From Acutalibacteraceae bacterium (GTDB taxonomy: Bacteria; Bacillota; Clostridia; Oscillospirales; Acutalibacteraceae), in NCBI GenBank assembly GCA_045605525.1, contig JAZUQC010000058.1, forward strand, positions 16,823 through 80,822: DNA of 64,000 bases. The letters run 5' to 3'. The translations under genes were made by a program, and so were the position numbers. Under the pieces are notes generated by a model that was not told where the DNA came from, searched no databases, and was given only the letters and a program-made list of their open reading frames with translations. Of this stretch, positions 25,936 to 35,430 are shown piece after piece; position 1 is the first letter of the stretch; each line of letters starts with the position of its first letter.

Positions 25936-26967
25936 TTATCTTGTTGTTACCGTTTTTATAAACAACTGCAGGTGCGGTGTATCAAGGCATGCTTTTTCGT
26001 ATGTATAATCATAAAACAATTCTCTGTTTTCATCGCTGTATTCCATCTGTTTGGAATACAGCTTGCTTTTTTCGATCCATGCCGACAAACTGCATTCTTG
26101 CCCGCACAATAAGCGGATGACGAGCGGGGACACAACGGAAAATTTAACTTTGGACAGAATTTCCCCGTCAAAAACACCTTTGAGCAAATACCGCCACAAA
26201 AAATAACGGCAAAGATTGATGATATTTCTGTTTTCCCGTTCCGAGAGGGCTGAAAAAGATGACGGCAACTGCTTCTGCATTTTCTGCAATGTGCTTGTCC
26301 AAGTGTCATCAATGGGTTCAAAATCAGAAAACAGTTCCGCAATCGAACGAACACTGTTCCCTGTCACTGCCTGCACAGTCTGCACATATTCATTTTCAGC
26401 AGCGTGCGGATTATCCATGACAAACTGCAGTTTTTCGGCAAAACTGAGAATTGTACAAAGCTTGTCAGCCAACGGCATATCTTCCCTTTCAAGCAAATCT
26501 AAAATCTGCTTGCGGGAGGTACATAAGAATCGAAAAAGTTCTTCGTCGATTTCTTCTTCTTTTTCATCTGACTGTGTTTCGTGCAGCAAAACACGGTCGG
26601 TTGTGAGAATCAGCCGTGCACCTTCTTCGCATGAAAGCCCGATGCCGCCTTCTTTTACATTACCGTACCACTCAAAATAGCGTGGGTGGTCACGGCAGAT
26701 CTGACAAAGATGCTCTTTTCCGCAGTGTATGATGATATCGCAAAGATTGCTTTCATTCAGAAACGGACATCGTTCGTTTTGCAGAATAAAAGTATCATCT
26801 TCCGCAATATTTGCACGCAAACGATTACCGAATGCCCCGCCGAGCGAGCGATAATATACGGCAGTGTCGCCGTCAATACCGATTTCCCAGCCGATACAGC
26901 AGTTATCGGTGCATTTGTCGGCAACACATTGAAATTCGTCATAATAAGACGGTGTTATAAACTTCAT
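25936..26967 (-). CDS. FliB-like lysine-N-methylase family protein (CxxxCxxxCC Cys-cluster domain)
   Basis: GGGGGAG RBS. The N-terminus PSYYDEFQCVADKCTDNCCIGWEIGID...CPFLNESNLCDI...LCQICRDHPRYF matches the pattern I recall for the flagellin lysine methylase family. Confidence 0.7.
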   Translation of the reverse strand: MKFITPSYYDEFQCVADKCTDNCCIGWEIGIDGDTAVYYRSLGGAFGNRLRANIAEDDTFILQNERCPFLNESNLCDIIIHCGKEHLCQICRDHPRYFEWYGNVKEGGIGLSCEEGARLILTTDRVLLHETQSDEKEEEIDEELFRFLCTSRKQILDLLEREDMPLADKLCTILSFAEKLQFVMDNPHAAENEYVQTVQAVTGNSVRSIAELFSDFEPIDDTWTSTLQKMQKQLPSSFSALSERENRNIINLCRYFLWRYLLKGVFDGEILSKVKFSVVSPLVIRLLCGQECSLSAWIEKSKLYSKQMEYSDENRELFYDYTYEKACLDTPHLQLFIKTVTTR

Positions 26968-27082
26968 ACACCACTCCCCCTTACTTATGACCTGTATCTA
27001 TTATACATAAAAAATATTTTTTTGCAATAAAAAAAACAGACTCCGCGTTCTGCAACGCGGAGTCCGGAATTTTTTATTCAGT

Positions 27083-29665
27083 TTACCAGAGATCGTAGGG
27101 TTCAGCCATGAACACATCATTGAGGGACTTGGTACCGTCGATGAGTGCCTTGGTGTTGTCGGCATAGGAATAGCCGTAAGATCCGTAAAGGTCATTTTCG
27201 ATGTATTTGACGATTTCATCCAGTTTTGCTTTCTGTTCGTCATTTGCATCGGTGAACAGGGATGCATAAACTGCGATCGTTTCGCATTCTTTCATTGTGG
27301 AAAGACCTCTTGTGTACAAAGCAACCACATCGTCATACGCATCGGCAAAATTGCCGCCCAGCATGCAAAGAATAATGTTCTGACATTCACATTCATAGGA
27401 GGTGTTTTCGTAAGAAAGACCTTTTTCAACATAAGCGGCTGCCGCTTCAAGATCGCCTTCCATACGTGCAATGCTTGCAAGAATGCTCAATGCAATGTCA
27501 TCATATGCATTGACGGCAAGAATTTCATCTGCAAGATTTTTTGCACTTTCATAGTCACTGTCGGTAACTGCAACCTGCAACATGGCATAACCGTAAATAA
27601 AAATCTGTTCGGGAATCAGTTCACGGACTTTTTCAAGATATTCAGTCTGTCTTGCGGGCGATTCGGCATCGTCGCCGAAGAAATAGATTTCGCAGATGTA
27701 GCGGTTGTAATAATTGAACGCTTCGTCATATTTATTGCTGTCTTCCGTAAGCAGTGCATCGAACTGTGCAGAAACCTCTTCAAATGTGGGCACAGTACCG
27801 TAATAGCTCGAATAATAAGCCTGTTGCATGACAGCACTTGCTTTCTGCATAGCAGCATCAGAAAGCTGCACGTCTTCACAAAGGGTCTTAAATTCGCTGT
27901 CTGCAAGAGAATCCATATCCACATAATTGGTACAATATGTGGCGGCTGTCTGCAGGTCACCCGTACGGAAAGCACAGGAGATAATACCTTCAAGCAATGC
28001 GTTAGGCAGTGAAACATTGTCTTCTGCAAGCAGGTTTGCAAGTTCCTGATATTTTGCAGCGGCAAGGGTCAGGTTCTTTTCTTTTTCAGCAGCCGTTGCT
28101 TCTGCCAACGGTGCAAAATAGGCTTTGTAGAAATCAGCAACAGCAGTATCAATATTGCTCAGAGCAATCACATCATCAATATTGACGGCATCAGCACTGC
28201 CTGCGGCAAGTGCGTTCTTCGCATTCTCAACAAATGCATTGACCTTTTCTGCACTGAAAGCCCCGTCCAGCGTGGTCAGCAATGCACCGAATTCTTCGGT
28301 CAAAGCAGATTCCTTATCCTGAGCAAGAACGGTCTTGTTGGCAGAAACATAAACATAAGCGGCATGCAGATCTTCGACCTTGCTTGTCAGCACTGCAATC
28401 TTTTCAAGTGCAAGCGAACCTTTCTGTCCGATGGCGGTAAGGTTTTCGGCAACAGCCTTGTAATAGTCAAGTGCGGCTTTATTGTCTTCGTTATTTTCAC
28501 AGATGACGGCACGGGCAAGATCGGTCAGAATGTTTTCGGCATCCGCATACAGGCACTCGGGAATTTCAAGAGAAGAAGCGATACCCGACATATCAACAGC
28601 CGCATCTTCTGCATCGGTAAAGCTTGCAACACCTGCACTGACAGCACTGAACTGCTCGCTGTCAAGTTTTGCAAACACATCTGCAGCGGCAAGGAAAGCG
28701 GCATATTCTTCGGTTACGGGTGTGTAATCGGTGCCGGTGATATTTGCTTTGGCATAAGTGAGAGCCGATGCATAGCCCTTTGTATAAGCAATGCAGATAC
28801 AATTGCGTTCGGCCAGTGCGGGGCTCTTGGTGCTGTATTCGGCAAGACCGGCGATGGCAGCTTCATAGGCAACACCGGCATCGGAGAAAGCAAACTTTTC
28901 TTCTGCTTCCAGTGCTTTTGCAATGTTTTCAAGGATGGCAGTGATGGCGGCGGACAAGGTTTCGTCCGTGGTATACGTAGCGGCAAGGGCGGCAAAGTCG
29001 GCATCGGCACCTGCTGCTTCAATCTTGGAAACACATTCTGCGGCAACGGTTTCAAACACGCCTGCAATTTGCTTGAAGGATCCGAATTCAGCCGTCAAAG
29101 GTGCGGCAATCTGTGCTTCGGTCAGATTCTGATTCATATAAGTGATTGCAGCGGCATAGCCTTCGGTTTCTACGGTGCAGACTGCAATCAGCTCATGCAT
29201 GCGCTGTACTTCATCTGCATAAACAGAGGCAAGTGACGGCATATTGGTGATATCTTTTTTAAGATAACTCAGTGCTTCTTTATAATAGTCAACCTTGGCA
29301 GCGGCTGTTTGCACACTTTCGGCACATTTGACACTGTAAATATAGCTGTCAAGTTCCGTAAAGGAGGAAGCATAGAAAGAAATGCCTGCCGTTACGAACA
29401 TGAGCACAATGACAAGCAGGAAAGAAATGATCGAACCGATAACGGCGGATGCCTTTTTCTTTTCTTTCTTTTTCTTTTCCTTTTTCTTTTCGGGAACGAC
29501 GGGAGCTTCCTCGTCTTCCTCTTCGTCTTCTTCCACGATTTCATCCAGCTCCTGAATCAGCGGATGTTCTTCTGCTTCGGAAGCGGTTTCGTCGTACACA
29601 TTCTGAAATGTTTCGGCAAGATTTTCCATTTCATTCTGCAGAGTATCGTTTTTGTTTTCGCTCAT
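27083..29665 (-). CDS. Large single-pass membrane protein with an Ala-rich helical ectodomain
   Basis: GGAGG RBS. An acidic N-terminus (EEDEEEDEE) is followed by KKKEKKKKEKKK, one TM (VIGSIISFLLVIVLMFVTAGISFYA), then ~740 aa of Ala/Glu/Leu-rich, TPR-like helical sequence. Confidence 0.75.
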   Translation of the reverse strand: MSENKNDTLQNEMENLAETFQNVYDETASEAEEHPLIQELDEIVEEDEEEDEEAPVVPEKKKEKKKKEKKKASAVIGSIISFLLVIVLMFVTAGISFYASSFTELDSYIYSVKCAESVQTAAAKVDYYKEALSYLKKDITNMPSLASVYADEVQRMHELIAVCTVETEGYAAAITYMNQNLTEAQIAAPLTAEFGSFKQIAGVFETVAAECVSKIEAAGADADFAALAATYTTDETLSAAITAILENIAKALEAEEKFAFSDAGVAYEAAIAGLAEYSTKSPALAERNCICIAYTKGYASALTYAKANITGTDYTPVTEEYAAFLAAADVFAKLDSEQFSAVSAGVASFTDAEDAAVDMSGIASSLEIPECLYADAENILTDLARAVICENNEDNKAALDYYKAVAENLTAIGQKGSLALEKIAVLTSKVEDLHAAYVYVSANKTVLAQDKESALTEEFGALLTTLDGAFSAEKVNAFVENAKNALAAGSADAVNIDDVIALSNIDTAVADFYKAYFAPLAEATAAEKEKNLTLAAAKYQELANLLAEDNVSLPNALLEGIISCAFRTGDLQTAATYCTNYVDMDSLADSEFKTLCEDVQLSDAAMQKASAVMQQAYYSSYYGTVPTFEEVSAQFDALLTEDSNKYDEAFNYYNRYICEIYFFGDDAESPARQTEYLEKVRELIPEQIFIYGYAMLQVAVTDSDYESAKNLADEILAVNAYDDIALSILASIARMEGDLEAAAAYVEKGLSYENTSYECECQNIILCMLGGNFADAYDDVVALYTRGLSTMKECETIAVYASLFTDANDEQKAKLDEIVKYIENDLYGSYGYSYADNTKALIDGTKSLNDVFMAEPYDLW

Positions 29666-29691
29666 CTTGTTACCTCCGTCTTGCGCAGATC

Positions 29692-29754
29692 AAAAAAAAA
29701 CCTTTTGAAATACGCTTAATAAGTAAATATTATACCATGCGTTATTTCAAAAGG
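29692..29754 (-). terminator. Intrinsic terminator after thiT
   Basis: The stem pairs CCTTTTGAAATACGC (29701-29715) with GCGTTATTTCAAAAGG (29739-29754). The A-run at 29692-29700 is a U-tract on the minus strand. Confidence 0.7.
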
Positions 29755-29762
29755 CAATATTT

Positions 29763-30350
29763 TTATTCATTCAGAAGCAATTTTCTTGTGCGTCGGGGCT
29801 TAAAAAGAATCACGCACACCAACAGCGTCAGAAGAAGCTCCGGCAACAGATAGGTGCCGTTGTAAAGCAAGGAATAAATATAAGGCCCTTCGTCACCTGC
29901 CCACTGTCCCCAGATGACAACACCCGTGATATAGTGGCAGATAAAACGCAGCATAATACCGCATGATACTCCGAAATATATTCCCGCATTCTTAAAACGA
30001 ACTGAATCTTTTTTAATGTTTTTAAATAAACAGGCAATGCCGAGTCCCGTAAACGGCACAAGGTAGTCGAACACAACGCAAATGATGAAGGTAAAAGCGG
30101 TGGTGCAATACACAAACACATTGCCCGACACAAAAGCGAAAGCCAGTTGAAACAGCGAATAGATAAAAGCTGTCAGCCATCCCGCTTTCGGCCCGTTGCG
30201 AAATCCTGCGAGCATGATGGGCAACATGCTCACGAAGGTGATTTCACCGCCCATGGGCATCCGCCAAATTATAATAAAACTGAAAACAATTGCCATGGCA
30301 AGCAAGACCGAACATTCAGCAGTGACACGCAAATTTTGTTTTTTTCTCAT
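29763..30350 (-). CDS. thiT: Thiamine transporter, ECF S-component ThiT
   Basis: 195 aa with 6 hydrophobic helices, lying immediately downstream of a TPP riboswitch. AAAGGAAA RBS. Confidence 0.8.
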   Translation of the reverse strand: MRKKQNLRVTAECSVLLAMAIVFSFIIIWRMPMGGEITFVSMLPIMLAGFRNGPKAGWLTAFIYSLFQLAFAFVSGNVFVYCTTAFTFIICVVFDYLVPFTGLGIACLFKNIKKDSVRFKNAGIYFGVSCGIMLRFICHYITGVVIWGQWAGDEGPYIYSLLYNGTYLLPELLLTLLVCVILFKPRRTRKLLLNE

Positions 30351-30379
30351 TTTGATTTTCCTTTCATCTTAAAAGGAAG

Positions 30380-30505
30380 AAAAAAAGTCTGCACCGAAAC
30401 GCAGACTGCAAAAAGTCTTCCTACATCGGCATTATCCGTACAGGTTAAAAGGGTTTGAAGCAAATCTTCATCTCAGCCGTTTGACAGCACCCCTGACAGA
30501 TATTC
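30380..30505 (-). promoter_or_regulatory. TPP (THI-box) riboswitch with a terminator expression platform
   Basis: The minus strand reads ..GTCAGGGGTGCTGTCAAACGGCTGAGATGAAGATTTGCTTCAAACCCTTTTAACCTGTACGGATAATGCCGATGTAGGAAG.. . It contains the conserved GGGGTGC, CTGAGA, ACCC and AACCTG..GGATAATGCC blocks. This is followed by GTCTGCGTTTCGGTGCAGAC plus TTTTTTT (30380-30406). Confidence 0.88.
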
Positions 30506-30540
30506 ATTTGTCTGTATTCTATAGCCTCAAAAATTGTTTG

Positions 30541-31155
30541 TCAAGAGGAAACATGATTTTTTACAATCACAAGTGTTCCCTCTTTTACGGCGATTCTGCT
30601 TTTTCTGCCTGTAAATTCGTTGCTGACACCCAATGCGGTCTTGTTTTCGAGGGTTGCATTGTCAAGACTGTACAGCAAGCCTTCTTCGCACACACCGTGC
30701 ACCTTTTCGTCGGCAGCAAATACGGAAATGACACCTTTTTCGTGCTCGTCAAAGCAGATTTCGCCGTTTGTGACGGCTGTGACAGTATAATCACGGTCAC
30801 AAAGATATGCTTTTTTTCCCTTGTGTGCAAGGTCAATGAGCAGGGCGATATTGGCAAGCGTGTGATCGAGCCGTTTGCCCGTGCCGCCGTACAGATAAAA
30901 TATGTCGCATCCCTGTTCTTCTGCCAGATTTACTGCCGCCGCCATGTCCGTAACATCCTTTTGTACGGGCAGAACCACGGCATTTTCGGGGACAAACCCC
31001 AACGAGTCAAAATCCCCGATAACAAAATCGGGGGTAATTCCCAATTTTTCGCAGTAGGCAAGCCCGCCGTCTGCCGCCCACACAAGGCAGTTTTCGGGCA
31101 GGGTAAGCTGCGTTATATTCTGTTCTCCTGCTCCGAAAATAACAGCGGTCTTCAT
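30541..31155 (-). CDS. Thiamine diphosphokinase (thiamine pyrophosphokinase)
   Basis: GAGGAA RBS. The DFVIGDFDS motif and ~200 aa length are typical of TPK. Confidence 0.8.
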   Translation of the reverse strand: MKTAVIFGAGEQNITQLTLPENCLVWAADGGLAYCEKLGITPDFVIGDFDSLGFVPENAVVLPVQKDVTDMAAAVNLAEEQGCDIFYLYGGTGKRLDHTLANIALLIDLAHKGKKAYLCDRDYTVTAVTNGEICFDEHEKGVISVFAADEKVHGVCEEGLLYSLDNATLENKTALGVSNEFTGRKSRIAVKEGTLVIVKNHVSS

Positions 31156-31162
31156 AAATTCC

Positions 31163-31810
31163 TCAATTCAAAATATAATCAGTCAATTCAGCAGGTGTTG
31201 CGAACAATTTGTCCGCACCTGCGTTCAGAAGTTCCTCATCCGTACCAAAGCCCCATTTTACCCCTGCGGCAAATACATCGGCACTTTTTGCCGCTTCCAT
31301 GTCATTATGGCGGTCGCCGATCATCAGGGTTTGTGCTTCGGTCGTATTGCAATCAGCAAGGCTTCGTTTTATAAATGTTACTTTGTCACTTTCATGGTCT
31401 TTAAAAGTGATACCGTGCACACCGCAGAAATACTTTTCAAGGTTAAACAGCGGCAGAATTTTTTCAATAAACTGCAAGGGTTTTCCCGTGGCGATCGCCA
31501 TTTTAAGCCCATTGTCCTGCAAGGTTTGCAACATTTCTGTTACACCGTCATACAGTTTCGTTTCGGCATAGCCTTTGACGGAGAAGCGTTCACGGTAAAG
31601 GGTCACAAAACGCTCGGCATTTTTGTCGTCGAGCATCAATATTTTTTTCCCGCTTTCAAACAAGGGCGGACCTATGAACGGCCGCAGTTGTTCGTCCGTC
31701 ATATCGGGAAGTCCCATTTTGGCGAGTGCATGGCGGATGCAATTGTAAATACCTTCGGAATTATCGATGAGGGTACCGTCCACATCAAAAACAGCGGCTT
31801 TGAATTTCAT
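31163..31810 (-). CDS. HAD-superfamily hydrolase (phosphoglycolate-phosphatase-like)
   Basis: AAVFDVDGTLIDN is HAD motif I (DxDxT). The later MIGDRHNDMEAA is motif IV. Confidence 0.8.
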   Translation of the reverse strand: MKFKAAVFDVDGTLIDNSEGIYNCIRHALAKMGLPDMTDEQLRPFIGPPLFESGKKILMLDDKNAERFVTLYRERFSVKGYAETKLYDGVTEMLQTLQDNGLKMAIATGKPLQFIEKILPLFNLEKYFCGVHGITFKDHESDKVTFIKRSLADCNTTEAQTLMIGDRHNDMEAAKSADVFAAGVKWGFGTDEELLNAGADKLFATPAELTDYILN

Positions 31811-31812
31811 AT

Positions 31813-32451
31813 TTATCCCTCCAGAATCGGGGTGAGTGCGATCATAATGCGGTCTGTGACTTCTTCAATGGTGCCGTCGGCATCAACAGAAATAATGTTG
31901 TCGCGGTCTTTGAGCATGTCGAACACATCCGCAAATCGTTTTTTGATGCGGGTCAGGCTGTCCGTGTTTTCAAAAATTTCAACGGCAGAGGCATCCCTGT
32001 TTGCATGAATGCGGGCAAGGCATTTTTCAATATCCATGGTCAGGAACACGCAGGCATCGGGCTTTGTGACTTCGGGGCAGTTAAAATGGCTGTCCGAAAT
32101 CCATTGCAGGTCGGTGTCCGTTCCCTGATAGGCAAAAGTGGAATAATAATAACGGTCGCAAAGCACGATATCGCCGTCCGACAGATGCTTTATGATACCG
32201 TCTTCGGGGTCGGTGTTGTGGTTGATGCGGTCGGCTAAAAACAGACTTGCCGCCGCCCACGGCGTGCTTCGCTCCTTGCCGCCTAAGAATGCACGCAACA
32301 GTTTTCCCGTTGCCGTGCCCGTAGGTTCGGCGGTGGTGTAAACGTTGTATCCTTTTTCGCGTAAAACATTGGCTACACACTGTAGTTGTGTGGTTTTGCC
32401 CGTTCCGTCAATACCTTCAAAAACAATGAATCTTCCTGCCATATTTTTCAC
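31813..32451 (-). CDS. tmk: dTMP (thymidylate) kinase
   Basis: FIVFEGIDGTGKTTQ is the P-loop typical of Tmk. The track start is a GTG that overlaps the rsmA stop (GTGA). An ATG at 32442 is an alternative start. Confidence 0.9.
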   Translation of the reverse strand: MKNMAGRFIVFEGIDGTGKTTQLQCVANVLREKGYNVYTTAEPTGTATGKLLRAFLGGKERSTPWAAASLFLADRINHNTDPEDGIIKHLSDGDIVLCDRYYYSTFAYQGTDTDLQWISDSHFNCPEVTKPDACVFLTMDIEKCLARIHANRDASAVEIFENTDSLTRIKKRFADVFDMLKDRDNIISVDADGTIEEVTDRIMIALTPILEG

Positions 32452-33311
32452 CCGACCAATTTGTGTAATTGCCTTGTTAATTCTGCCAATTCTTCCAATG
32501 ACAGACTTTCCGCGCGCACCGTTGCAGACAAGCCTGCATTTTCAAGTGCCAGTGCCGCCGTCTGTTTGGAGATGGAAAGTCCGTTGGAAAGTCCGTTCTG
32601 TGCGGTTTTTCTGCGCATGGAGAAAGCGGCACGCACCACTTTGAAGAAAAATTCTTCGCTGGGCACATCCACAGGCGGTGTTTTTCTTAAATCAAGGCGA
32701 AGTACTGCACTGTCCACATTCGGGGACGGCAGAAAAGCCGTTCTCGGCACATCGAAAAGCCGCTGTGCGGTGGCATAGTAGTTGACCGCAACCGTGATGG
32801 CACCCGAATCTCTGCTTCCGACGGGGGCACACAGACGGTCGGCGGCTTCTTTTTGCACCATGACCGTGATGGCTTCGATGGGAAGACGGTTTTCGAGCAG
32901 ATACATGATCACAGGCGAGGTGATATAATAAGGCAGATTTGCACAGACGTATGTTTTTCTGCCTTCAAATTTTTCTGCAATGAGTTTGTGCAGATCCGTT
33001 TTGAGCACGTCTTCATTGATAATTTCCACATTGCGGCAGTCCGTCAGCGTTTCGGCAAGAACGGGAAGAAGTCTTGTGTCCAACTCCACACCTGCCACTT
33101 TTGCCGCACGCAAGGAGAGTTCTTTGGTCAGAACCCCGACACCCGTACCGATCTCAATGACTGCGGAATCCCGGTCGATGCCGCAACTGTCCGCCATGCG
33201 GGGACAAACGGTCGGGTCGATGAGAAAGTTTTGTCCCATCGACTTTGAAAACGTGAACCCGTGCCGCCCGAGCAGACTTTTTATGGTGTTGATATCGGAA
33301 AGATCGTGCAT
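32448..33311 (-). CDS. rsmA: 16S rRNA (adenine1518/1519-N6)-dimethyltransferase
   Basis: GQNFLIDP and VIEIGTGVGVLT are the KsgA/RsmA SAM-binding motifs. NLPYYITSP is also present. Confidence 0.9.
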   Translation of the reverse strand: MHDLSDINTIKSLLGRHGFTFSKSMGQNFLIDPTVCPRMADSCGIDRDSAVIEIGTGVGVLTKELSLRAAKVAGVELDTRLLPVLAETLTDCRNVEIINEDVLKTDLHKLIAEKFEGRKTYVCANLPYYITSPVIMYLLENRLPIEAITVMVQKEAADRLCAPVGSRDSGAITVAVNYYATAQRLFDVPRTAFLPSPNVDSAVLRLDLRKTPPVDVPSEEFFFKVVRAAFSMRRKTAQNGLSNGLSISKQTAALALENAGLSATVRAESLSLEELAELTRQLHKLVG

Positions 33312-33323
33312 TTTGTCACCTTT

Positions 33324-34787
33324 TTATACAAGATATTTTTTGAATTCTTCGTAAGCCGCATCCCACACGGCGGTGTTTTCGGGGGTGTAACAGATGAGTT
33401 TTTCACCCTCTGCGATGATGCTTCTGGCTTCGGCAATATCCTTGATTTCACCGCTTGCAAGAAGCTGAACGGCAATGTTGCCGAGCACGGTGGCTTCAAT
33501 GGGTCCTGCATACACTTCTGTGTTGCAGCTGTCTGCCGTCATGCGGCAAAGCAGTTTGTCTTTTGTGCCGCCGCCGACCACATTGATGTGCGGATATTTC
33601 TTTTCGGTGCAGTCTTCAATACCGCGGAAAATGTGACGGTATTTCAGTGCCAGGCTTTCATAGATGCAACGCACCACTTCGCCGACGGTTTCGGGCACAT
33701 ACTGTCCTGTTCTGCGGCAGAAGTCACGGATGCGTTCGGGCATGTTGCCCATGGGTGCAAAATCATCTGCATCGGGGTCGATGAAGCACTTGAACGGCTC
33801 ACACTGCAATGCCATTTCTTCAAGCTGTGCGTAGGAAAATTCCTGCCCTTCACGCATCCACTGACGGCGGCTTTCCTGAATCAGCCACAATCCGCAGATG
33901 TTTTTGAGGAATGCGGTGGAATAATCGTAACCGCCCTCGTTGGTAACATTGAGTGCACGGGCTTTGTCGTTGAGAATGGGTGTTTCAAGTTCTGTGCCGA
34001 ACAGACTCCATGTGCCGCAACTGATGAATGCAAAGTCCTTTTTGTCGGTGGGCACGGCGGTGACGGCACTCTGCGTGTCATGTCCGCAGACGGCAATGAC
34101 ATCCACAGCGGGAACGCCTAATTCTTCGCAAAGTGCGGGCGAAAGTTTGCCGACAACCGTGCCGGGTTTGACAAGCGGACAGACAATATCACGCGGGAAA
34201 CGCATTTTTTCAAAGATCTCGTCGCTCCATTCGTGGGCGGCAAGGTCAACAAGCTGGCTTGTGGTGGCAATGGAATATTCCGCCGCCATGTTGCCCGTCA
34301 GCAGGTAATTGAACAGGTCTGGCATGAACAGCATTTTGTCGGCACGTTCCAACAGTTCGGGACGGTTCTCACGCAAGGACAAAAGCTGGAACAGGGTATT
34401 GAAATAAATAAACTGAATACCCGTGATGTCGTAAATTTTATCTCTGTCCATTTTCCGGCAGGCAAGTTCGATCATGCCGTCGGTGCGCTTGTCGCGGTAA
34501 TGAATGGGATTTTCAAGCAGGTAGCCGTTTTTATCGATCAGACCGAAATCAACACCCCATGTGTCCACACCGATGCTGTCGAAACCGCCCGCCTGCTTGG
34601 CTTTGAGAATGCCCTGTTTGACCTCGTGGAACAAACGAAGCACATCCCAGAACACCGTTCCGTTGACGGTGACGGGATCGTTGGTAAAACGGTGAACTTC
34701 TTCCAGCTGAATGGTCTTTCCGTCGAATTTGCCGAGAATGGCTCTGCCGCTGGAAGCACCGAAGTCAAAAGCAAGAACTCTTTTCAT
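33324..34787 (-). CDS. FGGY-family sugar kinase (rhamnulokinase/fuculokinase-like)
   Basis: GGAGG RBS. The N-terminus LAFDFGASSGRAILGKF..IQLEEVHRFTN is typical of rhamnulokinase-type FGGY kinases. Confidence 0.8.
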   Translation of the reverse strand: MKRVLAFDFGASSGRAILGKFDGKTIQLEEVHRFTNDPVTVNGTVFWDVLRLFHEVKQGILKAKQAGGFDSIGVDTWGVDFGLIDKNGYLLENPIHYRDKRTDGMIELACRKMDRDKIYDITGIQFIYFNTLFQLLSLRENRPELLERADKMLFMPDLFNYLLTGNMAAEYSIATTSQLVDLAAHEWSDEIFEKMRFPRDIVCPLVKPGTVVGKLSPALCEELGVPAVDVIAVCGHDTQSAVTAVPTDKKDFAFISCGTWSLFGTELETPILNDKARALNVTNEGGYDYSTAFLKNICGLWLIQESRRQWMREGQEFSYAQLEEMALQCEPFKCFIDPDADDFAPMGNMPERIRDFCRRTGQYVPETVGEVVRCIYESLALKYRHIFRGIEDCTEKKYPHINVVGGGTKDKLLCRMTADSCNTEVYAGPIEATVLGNIAVQLLASGEIKDIAEARSIIAEGEKLICYTPENTAVWDAAYEEFKKYLV

Positions 34788-34801
34788 GGTAAGTCCTCCG
34801 T

Positions 34802-35221
34802 TTATTTAATAACGCCTTTTTTGAGAATGATGTTGGCATACAGTGCACTTTCGCCCGTTGCAATGACGGCATAAGCATTGCGGGTGCGTTCATAGAATGC
34901 AAAACGCTCGATTTCGCTGAATTTGTAGTCACCGTATTTGTCGGCAATATCCTTGTAAACCGCCCAGATTTCGGGGGTGGGATCCCCCTGTGTGGTCGCC
35001 ATGAGCATGGCAGGGCTTTCTACATAAGTATCAAGGGGCATCAGTTGCAGAATGGCATCAAGAAGCTCGGGCACATTGTGGCCGTCGCAACGAACAAGAC
35101 GCTGTGCATTGGAAGCAGCGGGGAAATTGCCGTCACCGATAACGATTTCGTCACCGTGACCCATTTCGCACAAAATTTTAAGAAGTTCGGGAGATATGAT
35201 TTTCGGAATTCCGTTGAGCAT
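34802..35221 (-). CDS. RbsD/FucU-family mutarotase (L-fucose mutarotase-like)
   Basis: EMGHGDEIVIGDGNFPA is the family motif, and the length is 139 aa. Confidence 0.8.
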   Translation of the reverse strand: MLNGIPKIISPELLKILCEMGHGDEIVIGDGNFPAASNAQRLVRCDGHNVPELLDAILQLMPLDTYVESPAMLMATTQGDPTPEIWAVYKDIADKYGDYKFSEIERFAFYERTRNAYAVIATGESALYANIILKKGVIK

Positions 35222-35430
35222 AATGTTTACCGCCTTTATAAAAGTATTTTTTTACAGTTTACCCTTTTTTAATAAAGATGTCAATAAAAAATGCTGAAGG
35301 CAACACAATTGGTGCAACAGAAGAATGTAAACAGCCTGTTAAACTGTATCCGATTTCCGTTTGGATATTGACAAAAGTTTTTTCTTTTTGTATCATAATA
35401 TTATATATCCTTTTAAGGAGGTAAGAAAAA

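Noticed and set aside
29440-29540. A purine/pyrimidine-skewed simple repeat (TTCTTTTCTTTCTTTTTC...) that looks like a microsatellite or slippage tract.
   Set aside because: It lies inside the 860-aa CDS and encodes the KKKEKKKKEKKK / EEDEEEDEE charge blocks in frame. It is coding low complexity, not a regulatory repeat, although length variation between strains would be worth a glance.
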